In this document: one piece after another, positions 13,762-26,610 of the stretch
Position numbering within the stretch: the first letter of the stretch is position 1
Layout of the letters: each line of letters opens with the position of its first letter
Source of the DNA: Chiloscyllium plagiosum
Lineage: Eukaryota
Length of the DNA: 64,000 nucleotides
NCBI RefSeq assembly: GCF_004010195.1
Contig: NC_057720.1
Location: forward strand, 69,682,847-69,746,846
Reading direction: 5' to 3'
Position numbers and translations under genes: made by a program
The notes under the pieces: generated by a model
What the model saw: only the letters and a program-made list of their open reading frames with translations
Told to the model about the DNA's origin: nothing
Database searches by the model: none

Positions 13762-15019
13762 TTGTGGGGAGAGGTTGTGTAAGAAGAGTTAATGCTGAGT
13801 TGCATTGGTTCTACCCAACCTGATGTCACAAAGTCTTGGATAGAAAATCAATTAATCTTCTCTGAGGTGCCAATGGAGACAGACTGACATACACTGCTCC
13901 CAATCATTGTCATTATGACAAACTAGTTAGTGTCATTATGTCATTTCTTCCAGGCAATTAACTGCACTGTGTTATGTAATGTGAGAATCTCCTTTTGTTC
14001 AGATTTTCAAATAGTTTAATCTTTGATAATTAGAAAGGCACTGAGTCTGAGCATTGAAAAGAGGTTCAGTGGCAGTGAACAACTCTGACCACAAGTTCCT
14101 AGCAGTTAGTATCCATAGCCTATTACAATATCCTTTGCTGTGCCCCAGATTAGCTGACTGCATGTCCAGCTAGCTTTGCCTATGGCACTTGAAGTTCTGC
14201 CCCACAACCCTTATTTAAACTTGCTTTTCTGACCAAGTTTTTTTTAAAACCATCATTCCTGCCATCCCCTTACTTGGGAAAAGATCCATTTGTTTATGAA
14301 TTATGCTTCTATGAAGCATCTTGGGTCATTTATCTACCTTGACGGTGCTCTATAAATCTCAGCTATGTTGATGAAATGTTACAGAGAATGCATTTTGCAT
14401 GTAGCTAATTTAAAATGACAGGATGGCTGAAGCACCCTGGCTTTGTGATTACCTCTTTACAGTTGTTCATTTATCTCCATCACACCGTTGGGTCCTTAAC
14501 TTGGCCAAACAATTTCTACTGCTCATATTGTCAGTAGAGAAGCAGGACAGAGAAAATGAACAATGATCAGCAATAATTACTATTAACGTAGGTGAAAGAA
14601 GAATGCATCATTTATTGGAGAATTTAAAATTCATGGCAGGTTCATTGGAATTTGAATAACCATTAAAATTTCCGGCAAAACCCGAGAGCTAGAGAGAGGT
14701 CTTCAACTGCAATGCTTAAGAGTAATATCAAATTCTTGTTTTTTTTTAAAATGAAGTAACAAAAATGGAACTTCAATTAAAAGTTAACATTTTTAGCAGA
14801 AATCTCAGTGCTAGATTCTGAAACAATATAACATAAGCCACAGTTTAAAAGGAAATTTATACAACTTCATATCTTCAACTAAAACAATCATTCACAGAAC
14901 ATCAAATCACATAATGAATCTGTTCATTACACTTCTAAAAGGCTGACTGGTTTATAACTCATTCCTAATAAAATAAATACAATAAAATTTTCATTTATTA
15001 AAGCTATCCAAAACTCATC

Positions 15020-15440
15020 ATTTTCAGGATGGGCATCATTAGAAAGATCAACATTTATTGTCTAATATTCATTTCCTGAGATGGGAATTATGGTCCAGTT
15101 TCTTCAAACATTGGGAGCAGTTTGAGACAACTGAGTAGACAGTAAGATCATGTGGGAAGGCAGTTAAAATCTACTTCACAAAGATAGGACTGGAGTCACA
15201 AATAGGCCAGTCGAGTGAGCACGATATGTTTGCTTCTCTAAAGAACACTGGCATACTGGTTACGTTTTTATAACAATGCAAATGCCTTCTGGCCAATTTG
15301 ATATATTGGTAAGTTGTTTTTTATTTCCAAACATTTAAAAATTGAATTCAGATTCTCAAAATGGCATTAAAGAATCTTTCCTCTGGAGTACATTGGTCCA
15401 GTAATTTAAGCATTACCATCCCTGCTGGAAAGGGTTAAAA
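15020..15440 (-). mobile_element. Degraded shark SINE/LINE-tail element (related copies at about 38790-39100 and 58740-59090)
   Basis: Shared motifs 'gatgggcatc...catttattg', 'ggactggagtcacaaataggccag' and 'attgaattcagattctc'. Confidence 0.45.
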
Positions 15441-15721
15441 TTGAATGGGTTCTTGCCAACAAAAAAAAAATTAGGATTACATGATGGTGAATAATTATAT
15501 TCTGGGAGATATTGATTTTAGCTTTCTCTACCACAGTGTCCAAAACAAATATTGGACACGTCCTCCTACTTGTTCAAAATGTATATCCAGCATGTTTGGA
15601 GGAAAGCAAAATTGAATCATAGTGTATTCTCTAAGTCAAATATTATAAAAGGGTCAGACAATGATAATTGTTCCCTACACTTTCTATGCAGTCAAGCAAG
15701 CCTCTGGAATGATGCACTCAC

Positions 15722-15841
15722 CTGTTGCCCAGTAACAAGGAGGATTGCACCCTCTTTCCAATGTGCCACTTGCCTATAAATGTGATCCAAAATTAAGAGC
15801 TCACTCCAGCAGTTCTGAAGAAGTTTCATTTGGTCATCAAC
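15722..15841 (-). CDS. NR5A2: NR5A2 internal coding exon, 120 bp, ligand-binding domain (H4-H5, beta-sheet): [40 protein letters not shown]
   Basis: Acceptor tttttgtgtttggCAG|GTT, branch-point-like CACTGAC (reverse complement of 15866-15872), donor CAG|GTGAGT at 15722/15721. Phase 0/0, and it splices in frame to the 2167 exon. Contains the nuclear-receptor signature DQMxLLQxCWxELL. Confidence 0.94.
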
Positions 15842-18307
15842 CTGCCAAACACAAAAATACGCTCGGTCAGTGCTCAACTCTTAAAACATTTAACCTACAG
15901 TGACAGAGATGCTGTTCCAATAGCATCAGCATCTCCCCAGCTGTAAGAACACTGATACAGGTACACAGACAAATTCAAACTCTGAAAAGAGTACACACTC
16001 TCTTAGTATTAAATTGAATTGAAAGGAAAAGCACTACCCTGGAATGAACAACTTTGAAAATTAATTAAATATCTGAATAAAATAGTTTCTGCCCCAAAAG
16101 AGAAATGAAAATATTCTGTAATAACATGGCATCAATAGTTTTGGGTATGTTTTAATAACTGTGCCATCCTCATCTTAAGTTTTTCAGTGTAAAATTAATA
16201 ACTGCAGTGTGTAACTCACAACAGCTGACAGATGATCAATACTGAAATATATATAAACGTGTTGGTGGCTATTGAGTTCAAATGCAATTGAGAGAGAGTA
16301 CAGTTTCAGCTTTTCAGGGTCTTGTGTATTACAATCAGTGTCCATCATGATATGATGGAGACTTCATGCAAATGAATGAGTCATTCTCAGAAAAGAACAA
16401 CTGCTTTATGTTCATAAGGTCAGCTGGCATTTAAGATAAAAAAGCCACTGTGCAAAAGATCCATGTACGAGTGGTCAACTCCTTTAGTCTGTTGCCCATT
16501 CTGCTCTACATTTGGTGACATCCTCTCCACTGTTATAGATTCCTTGCCAGTGCAACTCAGTTCCTTTCCTTCCACACGTTGTCAGTTTGTTTCAACATGG
16601 TATATAATCAGTACAATGAAATATAGCATTGAGGTATAGATCTGCCTGACGAGGGAATTCATTCTCAGAAATAAAGCAGAAATTCAATATTTTTAGCATA
16701 TTATTCCCAAACAACAAATAGCCATTGGGCATTTATACTGCATTCATTTTAAATAAAATATATCTATAAATACTTAATTTCTTGAGATTAGGCTGTGGAG
16801 GACTCAAGCAACTCTATCATTTCAGATCACAAGTATCTATATGTATTGGAGAAGTATATCAAACTTTAACAAATAGTGAGTTACCTTGAAGGCTACAAGA
16901 AAGAATTTGGAATATTTGCCCTATTTTTTCCTTGAAATTGTCACTTGTCAATAATATCACAATTTTAAAAATGTCTTTTTCTGATTTTACATGTAGCTTT
17001 CTGTGTCTCTTTGAAGGTGAGAAATAAACAAACTGGCTAATTCATGTGTCAACTTTAAGACAGCTGTTTTTCCACTGTTAAAATGGATTACGTCAGAGGA
17101 ATTGGGAGATGAATGTCTATCCAGGTGATAGAAACACTGAATGTTAATTACTGAACATTGTCAAATTGCTTATATTTCCATCAATGGCTAGTTTAACTAT
17201 TGTATCAGTGGATCTTACAAACAAGATTGTTGCAGTTTGTTTGTGTGTTGAATGTACGTACACTTTTTTATCTGATAGCTCAGAAACCGTCCTCTTCCTG
17301 TGAAACACTGCTCATTGGATAGACATTTCGTAGGAATATTTCATAGTGGGTTATTAATGGTGGATGATGCCTGTCTTTCTTTCTTTCTACCAGCCAAACG
17401 AAGAGAGAGATTCAACTGTAAGTAAAGTATTCATTCCGAGTTGGCCAAAGATAACAAAGCACTTCCTGAGAATTAATTTCTCAATAAAGCATTTCCTCCA
17501 GAATGTATAACTCAAAGTACTAAAGTTGCTAAAGGAAGTTGCTAAAGTCTTCTTAGTTTTGTTTTCTGGGAGGTGGATTGTGAGTTGGGTAGATATTATA
17601 ATTTAGCTAATTTCTCTTAATCTTGCTTGCATTAATCTAACCTTTTAATATGGTCCACTACTGTCAGTCCAAGACTTTTAATCTGTTGGTCTGTTCTCTT
17701 CTGACCATCAGTGAAGTCAGAAATGTATTATTTTTAATACAGAGTTTGTTAGGAAAAAAACTTCATTGTTCACTCTTGTGATGTGCTATCGGTGAATATT
17801 GCTCTTAAATATTGTTCTTCAGTTCATTAGTAGCTGATGCTTTCCAATTAAAGCACATGTTTGTATTAAGCAACGAAGAAATATTAGCAGGAGTAAGCCT
17901 TAACCATTGCACATTGAATTTAATAATACATTTATTACATCTTATTAATTAACAGCTTTCGGAGGCCAGCCACCCTTCCCCCATCCATAATACGATTGCC
18001 CCAGATTAGTGGCCCACCCGTCCTGGAAGCCAATTCAATGTGATTTTCCCATTCAGGAATCTAGTCACCTTTCCTGGCCACTGTGGAAGGAGTTGATCAG
18101 GGCGGTAGTGGGTTGAGGTTCCTAAGTGGCTATTAATTAACCACTTTTAGGAGCATAGTGGCTGGCGAGTCGAGAAGGTCCCCAATGGATGTTCTCATCC
18201 AGCACTTTGTGTCTGAGGTGGTACAAACAGCAAGAATTCCAATCCAGGGTCCACCTGCCCAATTTCTTTTCCCTTCCTGTCACCTCTCTCACCACCTTCA
18301 GGGAGGG

Positions 18308-18472
18308 GAAAATAACAACAGCAATTGCTGGAGAAACTCAGTAGGTCTGGCAGCCTCCGTGGGAAGCTGAGTTCATGTTTCGGGTCCAATGACTTCCCAC
18401 AGATGATGCCAGACCTGCTGAGTTTCTCCAGCTATTTCTGTTTTTTTTTGTTTCAGATCTCTAGCATCCACC
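18308..18472. repeat. Old Penelope-derived inverted (hairpin) mini-element
   Basis: Imperfect inverted arms 18324-18364 (aattgctggagaaactcagtaggtctggcagcctccgtggga) and 18395-18436, related to the younger copies at 50680 and 60561. Confidence 0.6.
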
Positions 18473-19602
18473 AGATGTTAGCATCACCAATCAGTTGCCA
18501 AACCAACTCAGTTAACTGACTCTCTTTGCCTTGAAGTGTACCATATTCTATTGGTATTTCATTATAGAGTCAACAAAATGCTAAATGTACTGATCTACCA
18601 TTTTTTCACAAATCTGCATTCTTTCAGTTCAATACCTTAAACTTGGACTTCCAATGTTTCTTGTCAAGAATGGTCAAAATTCCACGAAGTAATTTAGTAA
18701 AATGTAATAATGTGCAGTTCAAATTTTGATAATTACAATAATTAAACTTGACTTTATAGTCTAGTTGCCAAGATCACTTCTTTTGTGTTTCATCAAAGGT
18801 ATGGAACAAACATTAATTGTTTCATTATAATTGATTGCTGGAGACTAACACTTTGTGATTTTGCATTCCCAACATTGTTGTACTTCAAAATCTGCCGAAA
18901 ATACTATGGCTGGTCAAAGAAAGGATGGATCAGAAAAGCCCACTGAAACCATTGATCCAATTCTCTGCAGAAAATCACCATGTGCATCTGCCAGGTCAGT
19001 TGAGTTTTATCTGATTGACAATAGGATGGTATTCTATTGTCAATATATTCTGCAATCAACATTCCTTTAAATTAAGAGAACACGATGTAAGCAATTCGTA
19101 AGATGGTGCCAAATAAATGAGCAAGCTCCACTCTTTACTTAATGGCTGAGTCCTGATTGGAATCATCTACAGGTCCACTGTGTGGTATTGGGATATTTCA
19201 AATAGCTGGCCCACTGGAGAAAGATTAACATGTAAGTAGGGGAGGGCAGAGGAAGTGATCTGGAGTGAGATCTGGGCAAGAATCATGAGGTCTAACATTT
19301 GAAAAGTATTAATAATCCCCCTGACCACAACAAAAATTACTTTCATACCTAAAACTGTTCTAACATGCCATTTGTTCACAGCTGATGCTAAAGAACTGAA
19401 CATACCCAGGGAAGTCCATGCTTCTTCCCATTGAAAATTGAAAATGTGTTTCACCAGCTGGCATAAGGTGCCATCATGCCTAAGCAGCTAGGTTTCTGAC
19501 TGGTTTGGATTGGATTGCCAGCTGGCCATTTCAAGGCCCAGTTGAAAGTTGTGTCAAAGAGGCCGGGGTCAGGCAAGAGAGATGTGATTTTTAGATTTTT
19601 TT

Positions 19603-19910
19603 TTAGATTACGTTACAGTGTGGAAACAGGCCCTTCGACCCAACAAGTCCACACCGACCCGCCGAAGCGCAACCCACCCGTACCCCTACATTTACCCCTT
19701 ACCTAACACTATGGGCAATTTAGCATGGCCAATTCACCTGATATGCACATATTTGGACTGTGGGAGGAAACCGGAGCACCCGGAGGAAACCCACGCAGAC
19801 ACGGGGAGAATGTGCAAACTCCACACAGTCAGTTGCCTGAGGCAGGAATTGAACCCTGGTCTCTGGCGCTGCGAGGCAGCAGTGCTAACCACTGTGCCAC
19901 TGTGCCGCCC
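19603..19910 (-). mobile_element. HE1-type SINE, near full length
   Basis: Reverse complement starts GGGCGGCACAGTGGCACAGTGGTTAGCACTGCTGCCTCGCAGCGCC; A and B boxes and the tail are intact. Confidence 0.93.
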
Positions 19911-20182
19911 GCAAATTTTGATAATTCTGATTTGCGTTGGCCGGCATTTCTGTTTGTGCTGGATCATGGAGTGGGCTACAGTTGCAAATCAGCCCCAAAC
20001 TCTTCTAGACCAATGACATCCTCTTTGTGAGCCCTGAAATTTAGAGTTGGCACACTTTGTAGTTGCTTTGGAAATAAACTGCATCATTCTGATTCGCTAA
20101 ATGCCATTTCAGCTACATGATATATGTGAATGAAGCAGTATCTTAGGTTCATTCTAATTAGGTGCATTCTCTGGAATGCATT

Positions 20183-20682
20183 NNNNNNNNNNNNNNNNNN
20201 NNNNNNNNNNNNNNNNNNNNNNNNNNNNNNNNNNNNNNNNNNNNNNNNNNNNNNNNNNNNNNNNNNNNNNNNNNNNNNNNNNNNNNNNNNNNNNNNNNNN
20301 NNNNNNNNNNNNNNNNNNNNNNNNNNNNNNNNNNNNNNNNNNNNNNNNNNNNNNNNNNNNNNNNNNNNNNNNNNNNNNNNNNNNNNNNNNNNNNNNNNNN
20401 NNNNNNNNNNNNNNNNNNNNNNNNNNNNNNNNNNNNNNNNNNNNNNNNNNNNNNNNNNNNNNNNNNNNNNNNNNNNNNNNNNNNNNNNNNNNNNNNNNNN
20501 NNNNNNNNNNNNNNNNNNNNNNNNNNNNNNNNNNNNNNNNNNNNNNNNNNNNNNNNNNNNNNNNNNNNNNNNNNNNNNNNNNNNNNNNNNNNNNNNNNNN
20601 NNNNNNNNNNNNNNNNNNNNNNNNNNNNNNNNNNNNNNNNNNNNNNNNNNNNNNNNNNNNNNNNNNNNNNNNNNNNNNNNNN
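20183..20682. other. Assembly gap (500 N)
   Basis: Run of N. The right flank begins within a Penelope-type tail (cagcatctgcagacctcactttctcc). Confidence 0.99.
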
Positions 20683-21061
20683 CAGCATCTGCAGACCTCA
20701 CTTTCTCCTCCATGTGTAGATTCTCTATTAGATCCATCATTAGCCACACTTCTTTTCCCACCTTTATAGTGTGTGCAAGTCATTTCACTCTGAATCCATT
20801 ACTTTTACGACTGAGGAAAATTAGCAATTTATATATAATAAACAATAAAAACATCTTCCTGATACTCAATGCAGTCTCTAATGCATTACTCTAGATGCTC
20901 CAAATATGTTGTATTTCTCATAAGAATGGCTAGAATTTTTTAAAACTTAAATCACCTCATGCCATGTAAAATTAAACCATTTTTAATTAGAGACATTAAA
21001 ACTCAGAGGGGGATGAAATTTCTTCACATAATTCTGCTTCCAGTAATTGTGCTAAATCTTG

Positions 21062-21648
21062 AAGGAGAGGGCAGCACTGAGATTTACCAGGATGTTGTTG
21101 GGACTGGAAGGTTTAAGTTATTAGGAGAGGCTGGATAGGTTGAGATATTTTTCCCTGAAGGGTATGAGTTTGAGGGATGACATTACAGAGGTTTATAAAA
21201 TCATGAGAGGGATAGGTAAGATGAACAGCAAAGATCTTTTCCCCAGGGTAGGGTAGTCCAATGCTAGAAGGCATAGGTTTAAGGTGAGGGGCAACTTTTT
21301 CACATAGTGTATCATGTGTATATGGCATGAACTGTCAGAGGAAGTGGTAGCACTCAACTAATGAAGGAGTAGTGCTTTGAAAACTTGTGATCTCAAACAA
21401 ACCTGTTGGACTATAACCTGGTGTCGTGCGACTTCTGACTTTCTCCACCCGAATCCAACACTGACACGTCCACATCATGGTACATGCAGATTCAGTTACA
21501 GCATTTAAGTTTGGACAGGTACATGAAAAGAAAAGGTTTAGAGGGATATGAGCCAAACACAGGCAAGTGGGATTAGTTTACTTTGGGAAACCTGGATGTC
21601 ATGGACAAATTGGACCGAATGGTCTGTTTCCGTGCTGTATGACTCTAT
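21062..21648 (+). mobile_element. CR1 3' fragment interrupted by a Penelope-type insertion
   Basis: CR1 tail 'gatttaccaggatgttg...gaggaagtggta' resumes at 21478 ('tggtacatgcagattcagttacagcattt') and runs to 'gtatgactctat'. Confidence 0.85.
21350..21477 (+). mobile_element. Penelope-like 3' terminal fragment (second family) with a degenerate hammerhead core
   Basis: CTAATGA-AGGAG-tagt-GCTTT-GAAA-ACTT followed by 'aaacctgttggactataacctggtgtcgtg...ccacatca'; flanked by TGGTA duplications (21345-21349 and 21478-21482). Confidence 0.6.
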
Positions 21649-23644
21649 ATTTTTCAATAATATTGCTGCAGTATTTAGATTTACAGGACTGCAGTGAGGA
21701 TGATGCACAAAGATCAGAGACAAAGTAAGGTGTTTACATCAATAATGTAACAAAATTGTTATACGGTTTTGCAAGTCTTTCTCCGAATCTTGATCCTTCA
21801 GACATCAATTTTATAATTGTGTCAAAAGCAGTCAGAAAGCTAAAGGAAAATTCCCAGTGAGTCTTGGATAAATATACCAGTTACTATAATTAGCAATAAG
21901 TGATTACCTAGAAGAGAGAACAATCATGTTTTGGATAATTCTGCTTCAGATATGTGTACTGTACATGTGTTTTCAAAAATAGAAGGAAACCGGAATAATG
22001 TGCTTTTGCAAAGAGGACCTAAGTTCAAAGAATTCTGTGCAACCTTGATGCCGTTGCCAAGCAAATTGCATTATTCCTCGCTGAGTCACAGATGGCACAA
22101 AAGACAACCACAGCCTGTGTATTGTCCACAGATAAGAGGATGGTGAGATACATCTGAATTGCATTTTGTTTCAAATCGCAATTATTCAGATAAACTAATT
22201 TGAGATATAACCAGCAACTTCAATCTGCAATTTTAAAGAACTTCCTGATTTAAAAACAAAAAGACTTCAAGATCTCAGTAGTTAATGTATTATGATAGAA
22301 TTGATAGTGGCATTCAAAAACAAGAAAGAAAAATATACACATTTTTCTGCCCTCCATTAAACCAGTTGAAGTCAAGGCAACAGTGGTCTCGATGGTAAAA
22401 TGGAAAGCTGGGGTCAAACCCCACATCAATTGTTTCTTGGGGCTATGTCCTGTAATTGTGTCCATCAGGTAATCAGTTCCACTGGTCCCATGATGTTGCT
22501 TCTTTAAAATTGGAGCTTCTGCCAGTGGTGGTGAGAAGGGTCACTTAAATGGCCTTATTTAGCCTCTTTTCACCTTTGGACAGAAGGATCACTCCTGACG
22601 AACCTTGTTCCTGAGGGAATTGCTCTGTGTTGAGGAGGTGTTAGACGCTCCTGCCTTCCATCCCAATTCTACCACCTCCCTATTTCACAACACCACCCAC
22701 CATCCCCAACTTCTTGCGCATCAGGTTAAATTCTACACATTTTATGCAAGGGATTATTCAAATTGTGTTCAATGCACAACATATGATCTGCGTAGCTTTG
22801 AACATTACTTTGTTAAGGTCGCATTGGAAGTAAGTTTACTTGTTCAACACAATGACCAATGGTTAAAACTTCGGTGACAACTTTGGGTTTTGTTTTCAAA
22901 GGATTTTCATATCATCCTAAAGGGCTACTAACAATAGTTAACCTATGTTTCACCAGTTATGAGGTCCGTTGCTACATTTTTGCTAATTTTGCTATATAGC
23001 TCTCTCAAATTGGACCAAAGTGTTGCACATGGTCATCAATGTTTGAAAACACTTGATGTATATTTTGCCAAGATTGGAGCTGCTAAACAGCTTCTGAGAT
23101 GACCAAAGTGTGGTTTTAAGCGACAATACCAGTTTAGTTGATATATTTTGCAAAACACCCATTTTGTAAAGGAGCTGAAGCCAACACTAGCCATGCCTAA
23201 GGGTCGTTAAACAGTTGATTGCCACCCAAGTGCATGCTCACTCTCATTAGCAAGAGTTTTAAAAAGATTTTTTACGGCTTTTTAGGTGTTAAGAGCTAAA
23301 GTTAACATCTTCTTAATAGCGACTAGCTGTTTGGGTGTAAACTTGGTGTTGATGTTGCTTTCAAATGGTACTTAGAGGGATACTCACTACTTCATGTTCA
23401 CTGCACTGGGAGCTATGAAGAGGCTCTTGATGACATTGGGAGATTTACCAGGGTATTGGTCAAGACTTCACCAATATCTGAGCAGACTTACTTCAGAAAT
23501 TCTCAGAGGACTTCACCCATAGCTGTGCTATTTCATCTTCTCAGACACTTTATAAAAGTTATCAGGATTAAGAGAGCTCTTAATCGTGGGAATTTTGCTT
23601 GAGGTCCCCCTTGGCCTGGGCAGGAAATGGGAGGAGATCATGAG

Positions 23645-25650
23645 TAACAACAATAACAACTTATGTTTATGTGGCGCCTTTAATGCAATGAAATGTCCGA
23701 AGGTGTTTCACAGGAGCCTTATTTTTAAACAAAATGGCCTTTAAACAAAATTGACATTGGGTCATATACATTGTTAAAGCAAATGATCAAAAGATGGCCA
23801 AAAAATAACATTTAACAAATGTTTTAATATTTATTTCTGGGGGATGTGGGCACCCTTGGCTGGCCAGAATTTATTGCCAGTCTCTAATTGCCCTTGAGAA
23901 AGTGGTGGTGAGCTGCCTTCTTGAACTGCCGCAGTCCACTTTCTGTGAGTTGACCAAGCGATAAGGGAGGAATGCCAATATATTTCCAAATCAGGATGGT
24001 GAGTGGCTTGGAGGGGAACTTGAAGGTGTGGTGTTCCCATATATCTGGTGTCCTTGTCCTTCTAGTGATCCTGAGTTTGGGAGGTGCTGTCTGAGGATTG
24101 TTGGTAGTTTCTGCAATGCATCTTGTAGATACTGCTGCTACTGAGCGCCTGTCATGGAAGGAGTCGATGCTTGTGGATGTGGTGCCAATCAAGTGGACTG
24201 CTTTGTCCTGGATAATGTTAAGCTTCTTGAGTGTTGTTGGAGCTGCACCCATCCAGGCAAGTGGGGAATATTCCATCACATTTCTGACTTGTGCCTTGTA
24301 GATGGGGGACAGGCTTTCAGGAGTGAGGAGGGACTTACTCACCACAATATTCCTTGTCTCTGACCTGCTCTTGTAGCTACTGTGTTTATGTGGTGTGTCC
24401 AAATGAATTTCTGATCAATGGTAACTCCTAGGATGTTGATACTGTGATTGTAACTCCTAGGTCATCAAGGGGTGGTGGTTAGATTGTCTCTTATTGGAGA
24501 TGGTCATAGCCTGGCATTTTTGTGTGGCGCAAATGTTACTTACCACTTGCAAGCCCAAGTCTGGATATTGTCCAGATCTTATTGCATTTGGACATTTAAA
24601 GAATGGAAGAAAGATGGAGAGATAGAGAGGTATTGGAGGGAGCGGGAAGGGGTGTGGATTTTGGAGGGCCTAAGCAACTGAAGGAACAGCCACTATAATG
24701 GGATGATTAAAATCGAGAAAACCTAAGAGGCTAGAACATAAGGTTGGAGATATCTTGGAGGGCGATAGGGCTGGAGAAGATTGCAGAGATAGGCAAGTCT
24801 AAGGCAATGGAAAGGTTTGGAAACATGAACATGAATTTTAAAATTGAGGCAATCTCGAGTTAGTATAAATCAGTAGATGGGTAAACCAGACTTGCTGTGA
24901 GATTTGGTTTGCCAAGGTTCCAAACTGGTTTATTCAACTTTCAAGCAGTTGTCAAGAAGTGAGTTGGAATTGTGGGCTCGGAAATCGTTTTGTTCTTCCC
25001 ATTATTTAGCGGTAGAAAATTTCTGATCACCCCATACTGAAAGCTGGACATGAGAAATCAGCTAATTCAAAGATAGTGGTGGGGTTGAGAGAGGTGAGAT
25101 AGTGCTGTATGCTGCCACATATATGTCAAAACCAACAGAGTGTTTTTGTATCATATATTGCAAGGCACCTAATAGAGGCCTATTAGGAAGGGGCCAGTAG
25201 CTAGCTGTATACATTCCCACTATCAATGGTGTGGTCAACTATATGTGCAGACAGATCAAGATGGATAACAGAAAATTCTTATCTTTGTTACAGTCATATT
25301 ACACATAATTTGTGACAGATTTAAGGAGCTATCTTAATATTGTGGTGAGATTGCTAACCTAAATGAAGGAATTTGAACATTATGAACCAGGAATGATGGC
25401 CTGATTTTGGAGGCTACAACACATTCATTGATTTTGGAGAGAAAAAGGAGTTCAAGATGGGGCTACAATTGCAAAGCGAAAAGCCTTAAGGCACACTTTC
25501 TTTAGGAGGGGGCTATGAAAGTAGATGTGAAGAAGATGAGGGAAGGGGCAATACCTTAGAAGAGAGAACTATTAACAATATTGGCTAATAACAGGAGGGA
25601 AGATTGGGAGTTTAGTGGGAATAGAGTTGAATGTTGGAGGTTGGGTAGAG
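23645..25650 (-). mobile_element. Degraded L2-type LINE, split by the element at 23830-24590
   Basis: Reverse complement around 24760-24850 reads FKI..HVSKPFHCLRLAYLCNLLQPYRPPRYL, like the L2 ORF2 C-terminus. An L2-like 3' tail 'aacaacaataacaacttatgtttatgtggcgcctttaa' lies at 23645. Confidence 0.6.
23830..24590 (-). mobile_element. CR1/L2-group LINE 3' fragment (RT C-terminus)
   Basis: ORF 23884-24402 contains LLTPESLSPIYKAQVRNVMEYSPLAWMGAAPTTLKKLNIIQDKAVHLIG; 3' tail 'aagggcaattagagactggcaataaattctggccagcc'. Confidence 0.85.
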
Positions 25651-26007
25651 CTGCTGCAGAAGGGGAAATGCAAAGTCAATAGCCTTGACCCAGGATGTCC
25701 CACCATCGCCATCACCTCCCCCCTCCCAGACCTCAAAGATTAAGAGTGCCACATCTGAGAAAATCTGCATCCTGTTCCTCAGTTCCTGCAAAATGTACTG
25801 CTGTGTCTAAGACCAGCCAGGGCACTCCAAACCTTTAGTTTAAGATACTGTGGAGAGTTCACATACATTGTTCTCTGAAAATTCAGCACATACATGCTAA
25901 GGCCACAGGTTTCTGATTTAGCACTGCAAAGCACGTTACATTTATGGTAATCAGCAGTAATGGTCAAAATTGTACACTAAATACAGACTTTCAAACAAGT
26001 TAATCTT

Positions 26008-26610
26008 ATTCCTGATGAAATGGCTTATGCCTGAAATGTTGATTCTCCTGCTCCTTGGATGCTGCCTGACCTACTGTGCTTTTCCAGTGTCCCACCTTTT
26101 GACTCTGATCGCCAGCATCTGCAGTCCTCACTCTAGGCCCAACCAACCCAACCACACCATGGCTCAACACTTCAACTCCCCCTCCCACTCCACCAAGGAC
26201 ATGCAGGTCCTTGGACTCCTCCATCGCCAGACCATAGCAACACGACGGCTGGAGGAAGAGCGCCTCATCTTCCGCCTAGGAACCCTCCAACCACAAGGGA
26301 TGAACTCAGATTTCTCCAATTTCCTAATTTCCCCTCCCCCCACCTTGTCTCAGTCCCAACCCTCGAACTCAGCACCACCTTCCTAACCTGCAATCTTCTT
26401 CCTGACCTCTCCGCCCCCACCCCCACTCCGGCCTATCACCCTCCCCTTAACCTCCTTCCACCTATCGCATTTTCAATGCCCCTCCCCCAAGTCCCTCCTC
26501 CCTACCTTTTATCTTAGCCTGCTTGGCACACTTTCCTCATCCTGAAAAAGGGCTCATGCCCAAAACATCGATTCTCCTGCTCCTTGGATGCTGCCTGACC
26601 TGCTGTGCTT
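26008..26610 (+). mobile_element. Penelope-like element, truncated partial tandem: pLTR piece, GIY-YIG C-terminus, 3' UTR, pLTR
   Basis: Direct repeats at 26008-26090 and 26538-26600. The interior encodes MAQHFNSPSHSTKDMQVLGLLHRQTIATRRLEEERLIFRLGTLQPQGMN, typical of the PLE GIY-YIG endonuclease end. Both repeats start with decayed hammerhead cores. Confidence 0.85.

Noticed and set aside
20084-20894. Long ORFs of 176-254 aa in the ORF track
   Set aside because: Artefacts of translating through the 500-N gap.
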